From Vicinamibacteria bacterium (lineage in GTDB: Bacteria; Acidobacteriota; Vicinamibacteria; Fen-336), in NCBI GenBank assembly GCA_025994075.1, contig JAMQGV010000048.1, positions 1-64,000 of the forward strand: a stretch of DNA of 64,000 nucleotides. The letters are read 5' to 3'. This document shows positions 15,056 through 25,666 of the stretch, one piece after another. Position 1 is the stretch's first letter. Each line of letters opens with the position of its first letter. The notes under the pieces are model-generated. The model did not search any database, was not told the DNA's origin, and saw nothing but the letters and a program-made list of their open reading frames with translations. The position numbers and the translations under genes were made by a program.

Positions 15056-15535
15056 TCACCGCGCCTCCCGGACGGCCAGGACGCCGGGCCAGTTCGCGTC
15101 CGCGCGGGCGATGTTCGCCTCGAGCTCCTGGGCCCAGGTCGCCTGGACCTGCTTGTCGTAGTTCAGGAAGAGGCGGCCCCCGACGATCCGCCACGCCTGG
15201 GGGTCCGCGGGGTAGGTGTAGTTCCGGGAGACGGCCCAGGCACAGTACCCGCCGTACTGTGGCGCGTACTTCGCCGGAGCCTCGACGAACGCCGCGAGGT
15301 TCGCCGCGGTCGCAAAGCGCCAGCGCGCTCCGTTCCAGGCGTGCTCGAACTCGGCGGCTCCGAGCCGGGCCCGGGACTCCGTGAAGTACGCGACCGGGTC
15401 GTAGCCGGAGATGGCCAGGCCGTCTACGGCGCTCACGGGCGCGGTCGGGGGCGGTTCCTGTGTGAAGCCGAAGAAGGTGACGGCGGCAACGGCGAGGGCG
15501 ACGGCAGGCCGGAGAGCGGGATGGAGGCGGGTCAT
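15056..15535 (-). CDS. secreted YHS-domain-like protein
   Basis: An internal Met (MTRLHPAL...) begins a signal peptide. GYDPVAYF and YGGYCAWAV motifs are present. Confidence 0.6.
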   Translation of the reverse strand: MTRLHPALRPAVALAVAAVTFFGFTQEPPPTAPVSAVDGLAISGYDPVAYFTESRARLGAAEFEHAWNGARWRFATAANLAAFVEAPAKYAPQYGGYCAWAVSRNYTYPADPQAWRIVGGRLFLNYDKQVQATWAQELEANIARADANWPGVLAVREAR

Positions 15536-15664
15536 GCCGTCAAGATCGATCGCGAGCCGACTGTCATTCCCAAGCCAGCCTTTTTCCACTCCACTAGCGT
15601 ACATAACATATCTTATCGGCACTATCGCGCGGGGCGCAGCCGGGAGGCGGGCGTCCAGGAGGCG

Positions 15665-16984
15665 CTAGGAGGCGCGAACGAACCGGGCCACGGCCCGGAG
15701 GTCGGCCGGGATCTCGGTCGGCGCGTGACGGCCCCGGCCCTTCGTCGAGTGGTACTTCATGACGATCTCAGCGTCCTTCAGGACGTGACCGGTCAGTACG
15801 GCGACCACCGACTCGCCGGGACGGATGGTTCCGGCGCGGACCAGCTTCCGGACGCCCGCGACCGAGGCCGCGGACGCCGGCTCGCAGCCGATGCCCGCAG
15901 CGTCGATGATCGCTTTCGCCGCCAGGATCTCGACATCCGTGACTCGCGCGACCACGCCGCGGGTGTCCCGGATCGACCGCACCGCCCGGTCGTGGCTGGC
16001 CGGGTCGCCGATCCGGATCGCGGTCGCGACCGTCTCCGCCCGGACCGAGTACCGCTTCCGGAAGTCCGTCCGGTACGAGCGCTCGAACGGGCTGGCGCCC
16101 GCGGCCTGGATTGCCGCGATCCGCGGGAGCCGGTCGATCAGGCCGAGGTCGCGCGCCTCGACCAGCGCCTTGCCGAAGGCCGAGGTGTTGCCGAGGTTGC
16201 CGGCGGGCACCGCGATCCAGTCCGGCGGCTGCCAGCCGCGCTGCTGGAGCATCTCGAGCACGATCGTCTTCTGCCCCTCGATCCGCCACGGGTTGATCGA
16301 GTTGAGCAGCGTGACCCCGAGCTCGTCCGCCGCCTCGCGGCACAACCTCAGGCAGTCGTCGAAGTCCCCGCGGACCATCAGGGTGCGCGCGCCGTACGCC
16401 ACGGCCTGCGCCAGCTTGCCGGGAGCGACGCGGCCCGCGGGCACCAGGACCAGCGCCGGGAGTCCGGCGTGCGCTGCGTACGCGGCCATCGAGGCCGACG
16501 TGTTGCCGGTCGAAGCGCAGGCGACCGCGGTGGCGCCGTGGCGAGCTGCGTGGCTCACGGCCACCGTCATCCCGCGGTCCTTGAAGGAGCCGGTCGGGTT
16601 CTGGCCCTCGTGCTTGAGGCCCAGATCCGCGACGCCGGCGAAGCGGCTGACGGCCTCCCGCCGGTAGATCGGCGTGTCGCCCTCCGGGTGCGCCAGCGTG
16701 GCGCCGTCGCCCGGCAACAACAGTTCGCGGAACCGCCAGACACCGCTGGCAGCGACTTCCCCGCCGACCCGGCCACGAGCCAGGCTGGCCGCGCCCGCGC
16801 GCCGGTCGAAGACCGTCCGGAGCGCCGCGGCCGTCCGCTCCGGGCAGTGCCGCACCTCGAGCAGGCCGCCGCAGGGACAGGCCGACCCGCGGTACTCGAC
16901 CGGGAAGCGATGCCCGCAAGCGCCACAAAGGACGAGCACGCGGTCCTCCGGGTCCGGCTTGCGCGCTCGCCGCGGCGGCGTCAC
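15665..16984 (-). CDS. thrC: threonine synthase with an N-terminal Cys-rich zinc-ribbon-like extension
   Basis: It is a PLP fold-type II enzyme with the lysine motif NPTGSFKDRG. The N-terminus is CGACGH...CPCGG. Confidence 0.9.
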   Translation of the reverse strand: MTPPRRARKPDPEDRVLVLCGACGHRFPVEYRGSACPCGGLLEVRHCPERTAAALRTVFDRRAGAASLARGRVGGEVAASGVWRFRELLLPGDGATLAHPEGDTPIYRREAVSRFAGVADLGLKHEGQNPTGSFKDRGMTVAVSHAARHGATAVACASTGNTSASMAAYAAHAGLPALVLVPAGRVAPGKLAQAVAYGARTLMVRGDFDDCLRLCREAADELGVTLLNSINPWRIEGQKTIVLEMLQQRGWQPPDWIAVPAGNLGNTSAFGKALVEARDLGLIDRLPRIAAIQAAGASPFERSYRTDFRKRYSVRAETVATAIRIGDPASHDRAVRSIRDTRGVVARVTDVEILAAKAIIDAAGIGCEPASAASVAGVRKLVRAGTIRPGESVVAVLTGHVLKDAEIVMKYHSTKGRGRHAPTEIPADLRAVARFVRAS

Positions 16985-17910
16985 AGCAGGTGCGCGCCGC
17001 GCACGTCCACCCGCGCCACGCTCACGCTGGCGGCGATCGCCACGCCGGCGTAGGCCGCGCGCATCGCTTCGGCCACCCTGGGCCCGGCATCGGACTCCGT
17101 CGACACGACCGCGACGACCGTCGGCCCGGCGCCGCTGATCGTCGCGCCGAGCGCTCCGGCCTCGAGCGCTGCGTCGCGGGCCTCGGCGAAACCGGGGTAC
17201 AGCGGCGCCCGGTAAGGCAGCGCGATGCGGTCCTCGAGCGCGGCACCGAGAGTCTTCGCGTCACCCCGCTCGAGCGCCAGCACCAGCGCCCCGAGCCCTG
17301 CCGCCTGCGCGATCGCGTCCTCGCGCCGCACCGCCTCGGGAAGCGCGGCGCGCGCCTGCTGGGTCTCGACGGCATACTCGGGCGTCGCGATCACGAAGCG
17401 CAGCTTCTCGGCGACCCGCAGCGTGACGAGCCGCAGCGGCTCGAGTGCCAGCACGAGCACGGCGCCGCCCCACACGGCGGGCGCGACGTTGTCCGCGTGA
17501 CGCCCCGAGACGACCGCCTCCGCGTCGAGCGCGCAGAGCACGAGCTCGCGCCGCGACAGCGTCGAGCCGGTCACGGCGTTGGCCGCCACGGCCCCCGCGA
17601 CGGCGGACGCCGCGCTGCCGCCGAGCCCGGCCGCCAGCGGCAGCCCCTTCTCGACCGACAGCTCGAGGCCGGCCGACTGCCCGGTGCGGCGCAGCACCGC
17701 GGCGGCGGCCAGCGCCGCGGTGTTCCGGTCGGCCTCCAGCGGGAGCCGCGGGTCGGACACCGAGGCGACGCGCACCCCGGAACCGGGCACCCGGCGCACC
17801 GTGACGCGATCTCCGCCCGCGGTCACCGCCAGTCCGAGGCAGTCGAAGCCCGGTCCGAGGTTGGACAGCGTCGCGGGCGCGAAGGCCGTGGCAAACGTCG
17901 GCGTGCTCAT
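16981..17910 (-). CDS. thrB: homoserine kinase (GHMP kinase)
   Basis: GHMP motifs are present (PLAAGLGGSAASAVAG). It overlaps thrC by 4 nt. Confidence 0.85.
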   Translation of the reverse strand: MSTPTFATAFAPATLSNLGPGFDCLGLAVTAGGDRVTVRRVPGSGVRVASVSDPRLPLEADRNTAALAAAAVLRRTGQSAGLELSVEKGLPLAAGLGGSAASAVAGAVAANAVTGSTLSRRELVLCALDAEAVVSGRHADNVAPAVWGGAVLVLALEPLRLVTLRVAEKLRFVIATPEYAVETQQARAALPEAVRREDAIAQAAGLGALVLALERGDAKTLGAALEDRIALPYRAPLYPGFAEARDAALEAGALGATISGAGPTVVAVVSTESDAGPRVAEAMRAAYAGVAIAASVSVARVDVRGAHLL

Positions 17911-17919
17911 CCTTCCCTC

Positions 17920-20082
17920 TCAGGCGCGGGACAACGCCGCGGGGTCGAGCCGCAGCGGGCCGGTCTCGGGCTGGCGAGCGATCTCCACTTCGCCCGAGAG
18001 CAGCGCGACCCGGAACTCGATGGCCCCGGGACCGGAGCGCAACTCAGCCAGCGGAATCGCAACCTCGACGACCCTCCCGGCACACGCCCGGGCCTGGGTG
18101 GGCAGCGGCGCCCAGAAGTTGCCGCTGCGCTCCTCGCGGCGAACCGGGGCGCCGTCTCCGGAGACGCGGTAGCGAAGCGTGCGCGGCCCCGGAAAGCGGA
18201 CCGCGAGGTCGCCCGCGCGGAGCGCCTCCCGCGCCGGGCGGGCCGTCTCGATCAGCAGGTGGAAGAGGTCGCCGTCGGTGCCGAAGCGCACGCACTGGAC
18301 CACCTCGTCGCCACGGCGCATGGCGCCCGCCGCGACGGGCACGTGGAACACGCCCGCCAGCACCCACTCGCCCGGGGCGCTGATCTCGCCGTCGAGCGTC
18401 GGCTGCACCGCGCCGGTCGGGGCGCTGTGGCGCACCTCGTGGCGCCGGGCCGTGATCAGCGTCTCGTTCAGCACCTCGGGCACCGGCTGCTTCAGCTTCT
18501 GGTAGACCGTGCGCAGGTAGCGGCGGAAGAGCCGGTCGAACTCGAGGTCGTCCGCGGAGCTGTGGTCGTCGCCGTACCACCAGCACCAGTCGCTGCCGCA
18601 GGCGACGCGGTAGGCCTCCCATGCGGCCTCGCGCTCGGCCACGGGCACGGCGGGCCCGTGACGGTCCAGGGCCTCGCGCGCGCGGCCGAGCAGGTCCCAC
18701 GCCCGGCGGTCGTCGGGATGCCCGATCCAGACGTCGAAGCTCGCGTGAATCCACGACCCGGCGAAGACCCGCGGCAGCGGTGCCGGCTCCCCCGCGCCGG
18801 CCAGCGCCTGCGAGACCGTCACGGCCTCGAGCGCCGGGTCCTCCGCGAGCCCGGTGTACAGCGTGCGCAGGAACTCGCGCCCGCCGTCGCGGTAGTGCTC
18901 CCAGCAGTTCTCGCCGTCGAGGATCACGAACACCGACGGGTCGCCTGCGAGGCCCGCGCCGGCCCAGTGCTCGCCGATGCGTCGGAAGCGCTCCAGCAGG
19001 TCGACCGCCGCCAGCGACGGGTCGAGGCCGGAGTACGAGAAGCCGATCAGGTCGGACAGCGCGCGGTCCCGGAACGCGATGGTGAGCGGCCCGGCGGCCG
19101 TGTGTCGCACCCAGGGCCGGTACAGCACCTCGAGCGGGTGGACGGTGCCCCGCGAGTCGCGGTGGAGCGGACGGCCCGCGCTGCGCGCGAGCACGGCCTC
19201 GTCGGACGCCGTCCAGGAGAACCCGGCGCGCGCGATCTCCGTCGCCGCCGCCTCGGACAGCGATCCTTCCGGCGGCCACAGGCCGTCCGGGGCCCGGCCG
19301 AACACGGCCTGGTGGCGACGCCGGGCGCGCAGGAGCTGATCGGCCGCGTCCTCGGGGCGCGCGAAGCGGCGCGGCAGCGGCGCGCCCGGGGCCGCCTCGT
19401 GGTGGGCCTCGGTGTCGCAGATGAGGGGCAGGATCGGGTGGTAGTAGGGCGAGGTGCACAGCTCCACCTGCCCTGCCTCGGCGGCCTTGCGATACGCCGG
19501 CAGGACGGCTGCCAGCAGGGCGGCCTCCCGCGCGGCGACGGCGCGCTGGTCCTCTTCCGTGAAGTCGCGTCCCCTGCCGGCCAGGCGACCGAGCTCGGGG
19601 TCGCTCTCGAGCCAGCCGCGATCGAACCAGCACAGCCGCGCCAGCACCTGCAGGTCGCGCAACTCGGCCGTGTCGAAGCGCTGGAGCGCGTGGTGCAGCG
19701 ATGCCTCGTCGACCTCCGGCCCGCGCCGCTCGAGCAGCTCCTCGAGCCGCGGGAAGCGGCCGATCAGGTTCTGCCGGTTGGCCAGGAACAGGCCGCGCAG
19801 GGCCAGCCGGCGCTCCGGCTCGGTGAGCTCGGCCGCCGGGCGGTCGCAGACATCCTGCAGCGCGTCGCGCAGCCGGCCCTCGGCGTAGGCCTCGAGCTGG
19901 TCGACGAGGCTCGGGACCAGGTTGAACGTGACCCGCGCGGCCGCCGTCGTCGCCGCTTCGACCATGCCCAGGTAGTCCTTCAGGGCGTGCAGCCGGGTCC
20001 AGGGCAGGACGGCGTCCCCCCCTTGCGGGTCCCGGTAGTTCGGCTGGTGCATGTGCCAGAGGAACGCGACTCTTACGGGCAC
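17920..20082 (-). CDS. glycoside hydrolase family 57 protein (alpha-amylase / 4-alpha-glucanotransferase-like)
   Basis: A GH57 N-terminal signature is present (FLWHMHQPNYRDP...ALKDYLGMV). The product is 720 aa. Confidence 0.8.
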   Translation of the reverse strand: MPVRVAFLWHMHQPNYRDPQGGDAVLPWTRLHALKDYLGMVEAATTAAARVTFNLVPSLVDQLEAYAEGRLRDALQDVCDRPAAELTEPERRLALRGLFLANRQNLIGRFPRLEELLERRGPEVDEASLHHALQRFDTAELRDLQVLARLCWFDRGWLESDPELGRLAGRGRDFTEEDQRAVAAREAALLAAVLPAYRKAAEAGQVELCTSPYYHPILPLICDTEAHHEAAPGAPLPRRFARPEDAADQLLRARRRHQAVFGRAPDGLWPPEGSLSEAAATEIARAGFSWTASDEAVLARSAGRPLHRDSRGTVHPLEVLYRPWVRHTAAGPLTIAFRDRALSDLIGFSYSGLDPSLAAVDLLERFRRIGEHWAGAGLAGDPSVFVILDGENCWEHYRDGGREFLRTLYTGLAEDPALEAVTVSQALAGAGEPAPLPRVFAGSWIHASFDVWIGHPDDRRAWDLLGRAREALDRHGPAVPVAEREAAWEAYRVACGSDWCWWYGDDHSSADDLEFDRLFRRYLRTVYQKLKQPVPEVLNETLITARRHEVRHSAPTGAVQPTLDGEISAPGEWVLAGVFHVPVAAGAMRRGDEVVQCVRFGTDGDLFHLLIETARPAREALRAGDLAVRFPGPRTLRYRVSGDGAPVRREERSGNFWAPLPTQARACAGRVVEVAIPLAELRSGPGAIEFRVALLSGEVEIARQPETGPLRLDPAALSRA

Positions 20083-20167
20083 GGGGCTCTCCGTGATGAG
20101 TGGTCCGGACGGCTCCAGCTCGCTCTCCCTCGGATTCTAGCGCCTCGCGGTGCCGGGCTGACCCGCT

Positions 20168-22615
20168 GTGAAGGAAACGGAGCGCCACGTTAGGATGCGC
20201 GCGGTGACCCTGCGCGCGCGGCTCTGGCCGAAACTGCTCGACCGTTACGTGATCGCCGAGGTGCTGCCGCCGACCTTCCTCGGGCTGCTGGTGTTCACCT
20301 TCATCCTGCTCTTGCAGCAGATCACGCTGCTCACCGGCCTGCTGATCGCGCGTGGCGCGGACCTGCCGACCGTCCTGCGGCTGTTCCTCAACCTGCTGCC
20401 GAGCATTCTCGCCACGACGATCCCGATGGCGTTCCTGCTCGGGGTGCTGCTGGCGTTCGGCCGGCTGGCCGCCGACAGCGAGCTGATCGCGATGCGGGCC
20501 GGCGGCATCAGCCCCACCCGCCTGCTGCGGCCGCTGGGCCTGCTGGCGCTGCTGGCGGCGACGGTCAACTTCTACGTGCTGGCCTACGCGGTGCCGGAGG
20601 CCAACCAGACCTACCGCGAGATCTTCTACAACCTCGTGGTCAGCAAGGCCAAGACCGGGGTCAAGGCCCGCGTGTTCGTCGACGACCTGATCCCGGGCAT
20701 GGTGCTCTACGTCTCGGACATCCCGGCGGACACCGGCGAGTGGCGCGACCTGCTGCTGCACGACAACACGGTCGCCAACAGGCCGCGGCTGATCCTGGCC
20801 CGCCAGGGGCGTCTCGTGATCGACGAGGGCGCGAAGCGCGTGGAGCTGCACCTCGAGCAGGGCCAGCTCCACACCCTGGACCAGACGAAACCCGGGGCCT
20901 ACGAGCTGCAGCGCTTCCGGAGCGGCCAGTTTCCGCTGCCCTTCGACGAGTTCTTCCCCAAGATCCCGCTGCAGAAGGGCGACCGCGAGATGACCCTCGG
21001 CGAGCTGCTCGACGCCGCCGCTGCCCCGCCCGTCAAGGGCCAGCCCCACGAGCCGCACAAGCTGTGGGTCGAGATCCACAAGAAGTTCGCGATCCCGGCG
21101 GCGTGCTTCGTGTTCGCCGGTCTCGGCCTGGGCCTGTCGCTGGGCGCGCGCCGCGAGGCCCGCTCGGCGGCGTTCGGCCTGTCGGTCGCGATCATCTTCG
21201 CGTACTACGTGCTGATCCGGCTCGGCGAACAGGCCGGCGACAACCGCATGATCGCGCCGTGGATGGCGATGTGGGGCGCGAACGTCGTGCTGGGGCTGGC
21301 GGCACTCGGGCTCTTGTGGCTGAACCTGCGCGAACCGGCGTTCGATCCGCTCTCGCCGGCGCACTACCTCGCGTGGCTGCCGCGGCTGCTCCCCGCGCGC
21401 GCCGACGCCGCGCCGGAGACCGCGGCGCGCCGCTCGGGCGGCGTGCGCGCCGTGCGCCAGCCGCAGCGCCCGGTGGCGCGCTCGGGGGCGACGGTCGTGC
21501 TCAAGGTGCCGCGGCTCGGGGTCCCGGTCGGCAGTCGCCTCGACCGCTACATCGCCCGCGAGTACCTCGGCTACTTCCTGCTCGTGCTGACCAGTTTCTG
21601 GGCTATCTACACGCTCACCGAGTTCATGGACCTGTTCGACGACGTCCAGCAGAACCGGGTCAAGGGCGTCGTGGTGCTGCACTACTACCTGTTCCACGCG
21701 CCGTTCATCGTCCACCTGATCACGCCCGTCGTCGTGCTGGTCACGACGCTCGTCACCTTCGGCGTGATGAGCCGGCGCAACGAGATCACGGCGATCAAGG
21801 CCGGCGGCATCAGCGTCTACCGCGCCGCCGTCCCCGTGCTGGGCATGGGGCTGCTGGCGAGCGGCTTCCTGTTCGGGCTCTCCGAGTTCGTGCTGCCGGA
21901 GGCCAACCGCGTGGCCCAGCGCGACTTCAACGTGATCAAGGGCCGGCCGCCGCAGTCGGGCACCACCTTCGACAAGCGCTGGATCCTCGGCGCCGACGGC
22001 CGCTTCTACAACTACGACTTCTACGTCGACGGCCCGGAGCCGGGCCAGGCCTCGCTCTACGGGCTGTCGGTCTACGACGTCGAGCCGCGCCAGTGGCAGC
22101 TCGCCGACCGCTTCTACTCGCGGCGCGCGTCGTGGAACGGCAGCGTCTACGAGCTGACCGGGGGCTGGCGCCGCACCTTCCTGCCGGCGCCCGGCTACCG
22201 CGAGTTCGAGCAGGCCCGCACGGCGCAGATCGAACCCCCGCAGTACTTCCGCCGCGAGGACCGCGAGCCCGACACCATGGGCTTCGCGCAGCTCGCCCGC
22301 TACATCGACTCGCTCGACTCGCTCGGCCTCGACGTGACCCGGCTGCGCGTCCAGCTCCACCGCAAGCTGGCCTTCCCCACCCTCGGCCTGGTGATGACGC
22401 TGATCGGCATCCCTTACGCCTTCGTCGTCGGCCGCCGTGGCGCGCTGCACGGCGTCGCGATCAGCATCGTCGTCGCGATCGTGTACTGGGCCTGCCTCGG
22501 CGTCTTCGAGGCGCTCGGCAACAACGCGCTGCTGCCCCCGTTCCTGGCGGCCTGGGCCCCCAACCTGATCTTCGGCTCGGTCGGCGTCTACCTGATGCTG
22601 ACCCTGGAGACTTAG
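20168..22615 (+). CDS. LptF/LptG (YjgP/YjgQ) family LPS export permease; both permease units in one 815-aa ORF
   Basis: Two consecutive YjgP/YjgQ-like halves (RLLDRYVIAEV... and RLDRYIAREYLGYFL...) have no stop between them. The start may be the Met at about 20195. Confidence 0.75.
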   Translation: MKETERHVRMRAVTLRARLWPKLLDRYVIAEVLPPTFLGLLVFTFILLLQQITLLTGLLIARGADLPTVLRLFLNLLPSILATTIPMAFLLGVLLAFGRLAADSELIAMRAGGISPTRLLRPLGLLALLAATVNFYVLAYAVPEANQTYREIFYNLVVSKAKTGVKARVFVDDLIPGMVLYVSDIPADTGEWRDLLLHDNTVANRPRLILARQGRLVIDEGAKRVELHLEQGQLHTLDQTKPGAYELQRFRSGQFPLPFDEFFPKIPLQKGDREMTLGELLDAAAAPPVKGQPHEPHKLWVEIHKKFAIPAACFVFAGLGLGLSLGARREARSAAFGLSVAIIFAYYVLIRLGEQAGDNRMIAPWMAMWGANVVLGLAALGLLWLNLREPAFDPLSPAHYLAWLPRLLPARADAAPETAARRSGGVRAVRQPQRPVARSGATVVLKVPRLGVPVGSRLDRYIAREYLGYFLLVLTSFWAIYTLTEFMDLFDDVQQNRVKGVVVLHYYLFHAPFIVHLITPVVVLVTTLVTFGVMSRRNEITAIKAGGISVYRAAVPVLGMGLLASGFLFGLSEFVLPEANRVAQRDFNVIKGRPPQSGTTFDKRWILGADGRFYNYDFYVDGPEPGQASLYGLSVYDVEPRQWQLADRFYSRRASWNGSVYELTGGWRRTFLPAPGYREFEQARTAQIEPPQYFRREDREPDTMGFAQLARYIDSLDSLGLDVTRLRVQLHRKLAFPTLGLVMTLIGIPYAFVVGRRGALHGVAISIVVAIVYWACLGVFEALGNNALLPPFLAAWAPNLIFGSVGVYLMLTLET

Positions 22616-22701
22616 GTGGGGGTGCGGGGGCGGAGGAGGGTGCGTCGTCCGACGTAGCCCCCGCGGAGCGCGGAGACGCGATCAGCGGCTCCGCGACTCC
22701 C
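22614..22701 (-). repeat. structured GC-rich repeat unit, copy C (inverted orientation relative to copies A and B)
   Basis: Its reverse complement matches the 14.2 kb repeat core, including the GGGAGTCG end. It fills the convergent gap between lptFG and the PHP gene. Confidence 0.8.
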
Positions 22702-22712
22702 GTGTCGGTCAG

Positions 22713-24428
22713 TCAGTACACAGCGATGTCGTCGAGGAGGATTTCGCCCGCCGTGCCAGGGCGGATGGCGCCCTTGTCGAGGACCAGGGCAACGCCCACG
22801 ACCTTGCCGAGGTCGAGGCGGCCGTCGCTGTTCGGGTTGATCGAGCGGAAGCGCGAGAACGGCAGCGCCACCCGCTGCCAGCCCGGGCTCGTCCGGACCG
22901 ACGCGAACCACCACTCCGTGCCGTCGTCCTTCGATGCCGGGTTGCGGTCGCGCACCTGCACGTGGAAGCGGTAGACGCCGTCCGCCTTCACCCACATCGC
23001 GAGGCCCTGCCGCCCGCGCCAGTCCTGCTCCTCGCGCAACACGAGCGAGCACCAGGCGTCCGCCCCCGGCTCGACCTCGGCGAGCCGGAACGGCAACCGC
23101 CCGGCCCGCGATCCGGCGGGCCCGCCGCCGTCGAGCGTCGACTCTCCCGCCATCACCGAGCGCGGGTCGTGCTCGGGACGGAAGCGCGGCTCCGCCTCGA
23201 AGTCTTCGATCACGGTCGCCACGTCGGGCGCGACATCCGGGGCGGCCGGGGCGGCTGCCGCTCGGCGCGCCGCCGCGGCGGCCTCGTCGAACACGTAGAT
23301 CGGGTTGGCGATCACCCACGGCGCCGGCCAGCCCTCGACCCACGCCTCGACCCGGTACACGCCGGGCCCGGGCGACGCCACGTCGAGGGCGCCGATCGAC
23401 TCGTGCAGCAGCTTGCCGTCGCGCAGCAGGCGCAGGCGCGTCCCGGCGGGCACACGCCCGCCGACCCGGAAGCGCAGGCCGGCCGCTGGCGCGATCGTCT
23501 CCCCCATCACGACACGCCGCTCTCCCGCGCTGGCCTCGAAGAAGAACCCGTCGGCCGGGGCCAGCGCCTCGAGCGCGACGTACGCGCGGCCCGCGGCCAG
23601 CGCGTCCACGACCCGCGCTCCGTCGGCGGTGGCGTCGCCGGCCAGGGGGGCGTCGAGCAGGACGACGTTGCGGGCGAGGCCGAAGAGCGCCTCGTAGGAC
23701 GGGAAGCGCAGGCCGCTTCGTTTCGTGATCGGGACCCGCGAGTGGGCGTCGGCGCCCGTGATGCCCGCGGCATCGCGGCGGGCCAGCACCTCGTCCCAGC
23801 GGCGCAGCGCGTCGTCGACCGGGCCGATCGAGGAGAGCAGCGCGTGGCGGGGGTTGAGCGCGTAGGTGGCTCCCGTGCGCGCCAGGCGCAGCAGGCCCGC
23901 CGAGCGCCACTGCGAATCGCCATTGTGGAGCTCGACGCCCCAGTCCCCGGCGGCCTCCCAGTCGGTCCACAGCAGTTCCGCCCTCAGGTTCGTCGGGTGG
24001 GCCAGGAACGCGCGCCCGCCCAGGTGGCGGACGTCGTCGAAGGCGTCGCGGGCGTCGCCCGAGAAGCGGAACGCGGGGTCCTCGCGCAGGCCGAGGGCGA
24101 GGACGTGCCCTGACGTCGTCGAGATCTCCGAGCCGACCAGCACGAGCACGCCGTCGTGGTAGCCCTCGAAGGGTTTGGCGTCGAGGTTGTTGTGGTCGCT
24201 GATCGCCACGTAGCCGAGGCCTGCGGTCTTCGCCGCGCGCGCGACCTCGGCCGGGTCTCCCCCGCCGTCGGAGTGGGTCGTGTGCACGTGCACGACGCCC
24301 GAGACGCGAAAAAGCCCGTCGCCCGGCGCGGGGCCGGAGACGGGCAGGGGCCGCAGCGACGCGACGCGCGCGGCCGCGAGGAGCAACAGGGACGCGGCGC
24401 CGACGAGGATCGCGCGGCGCCGCGTCAC
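22713..24428 (-). CDS. secreted PHP-domain metallohydrolase (CehA/McbA-like) with a C-terminal extension
   Basis: There is a signal peptide. The PHP motif VVHVHTTHSDGGGD...AISDHNN is present. Confidence 0.75.
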   Translation of the reverse strand: MTRRRAILVGAASLLLLAAARVASLRPLPVSGPAPGDGLFRVSGVVHVHTTHSDGGGDPAEVARAAKTAGLGYVAISDHNNLDAKPFEGYHDGVLVLVGSEISTTSGHVLALGLREDPAFRFSGDARDAFDDVRHLGGRAFLAHPTNLRAELLWTDWEAAGDWGVELHNGDSQWRSAGLLRLARTGATYALNPRHALLSSIGPVDDALRRWDEVLARRDAAGITGADAHSRVPITKRSGLRFPSYEALFGLARNVVLLDAPLAGDATADGARVVDALAAGRAYVALEALAPADGFFFEASAGERRVVMGETIAPAAGLRFRVGGRVPAGTRLRLLRDGKLLHESIGALDVASPGPGVYRVEAWVEGWPAPWVIANPIYVFDEAAAAARRAAAAPAAPDVAPDVATVIEDFEAEPRFRPEHDPRSVMAGESTLDGGGPAGSRAGRLPFRLAEVEPGADAWCSLVLREEQDWRGRQGLAMWVKADGVYRFHVQVRDRNPASKDDGTEWWFASVRTSPGWQRVALPFSRFRSINPNSDGRLDLGKVVGVALVLDKGAIRPGTAGEILLDDIAVY

Positions 24429-24435
24429 GGACGGA

Positions 24436-25587
<1,152 letters not shown>

Positions 25588-25666
25588 CGCGTCCTTTCCT
25601 GCGTTGCCTTCCTTCGCGGCGGAGGGTACCAGAGGACCCCTGCCGGAGAAAGCCGATCGAGGGGCG

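Noticed and set aside
14894-17053. 719-aa plus-strand ORF across the YHS, thrC and thrB region
   Set aside because: It is antisense to three well-supported genes and has an Arg/Gly-rich composition.
18044-22450. 1468-aa minus-strand ORF over GH57 and lptFG
   Set aside because: A pure Arg/Gly/Pro artefact frame. The GH57 frame and the opposite-strand lptFG frame have clear domain content.
20168-22615. Splitting the ORF into separate lptF and lptG genes
   Set aside because: No in-frame stop exists between the two halves in the provided sequence, so it is called as one ORF pending read-level verification.
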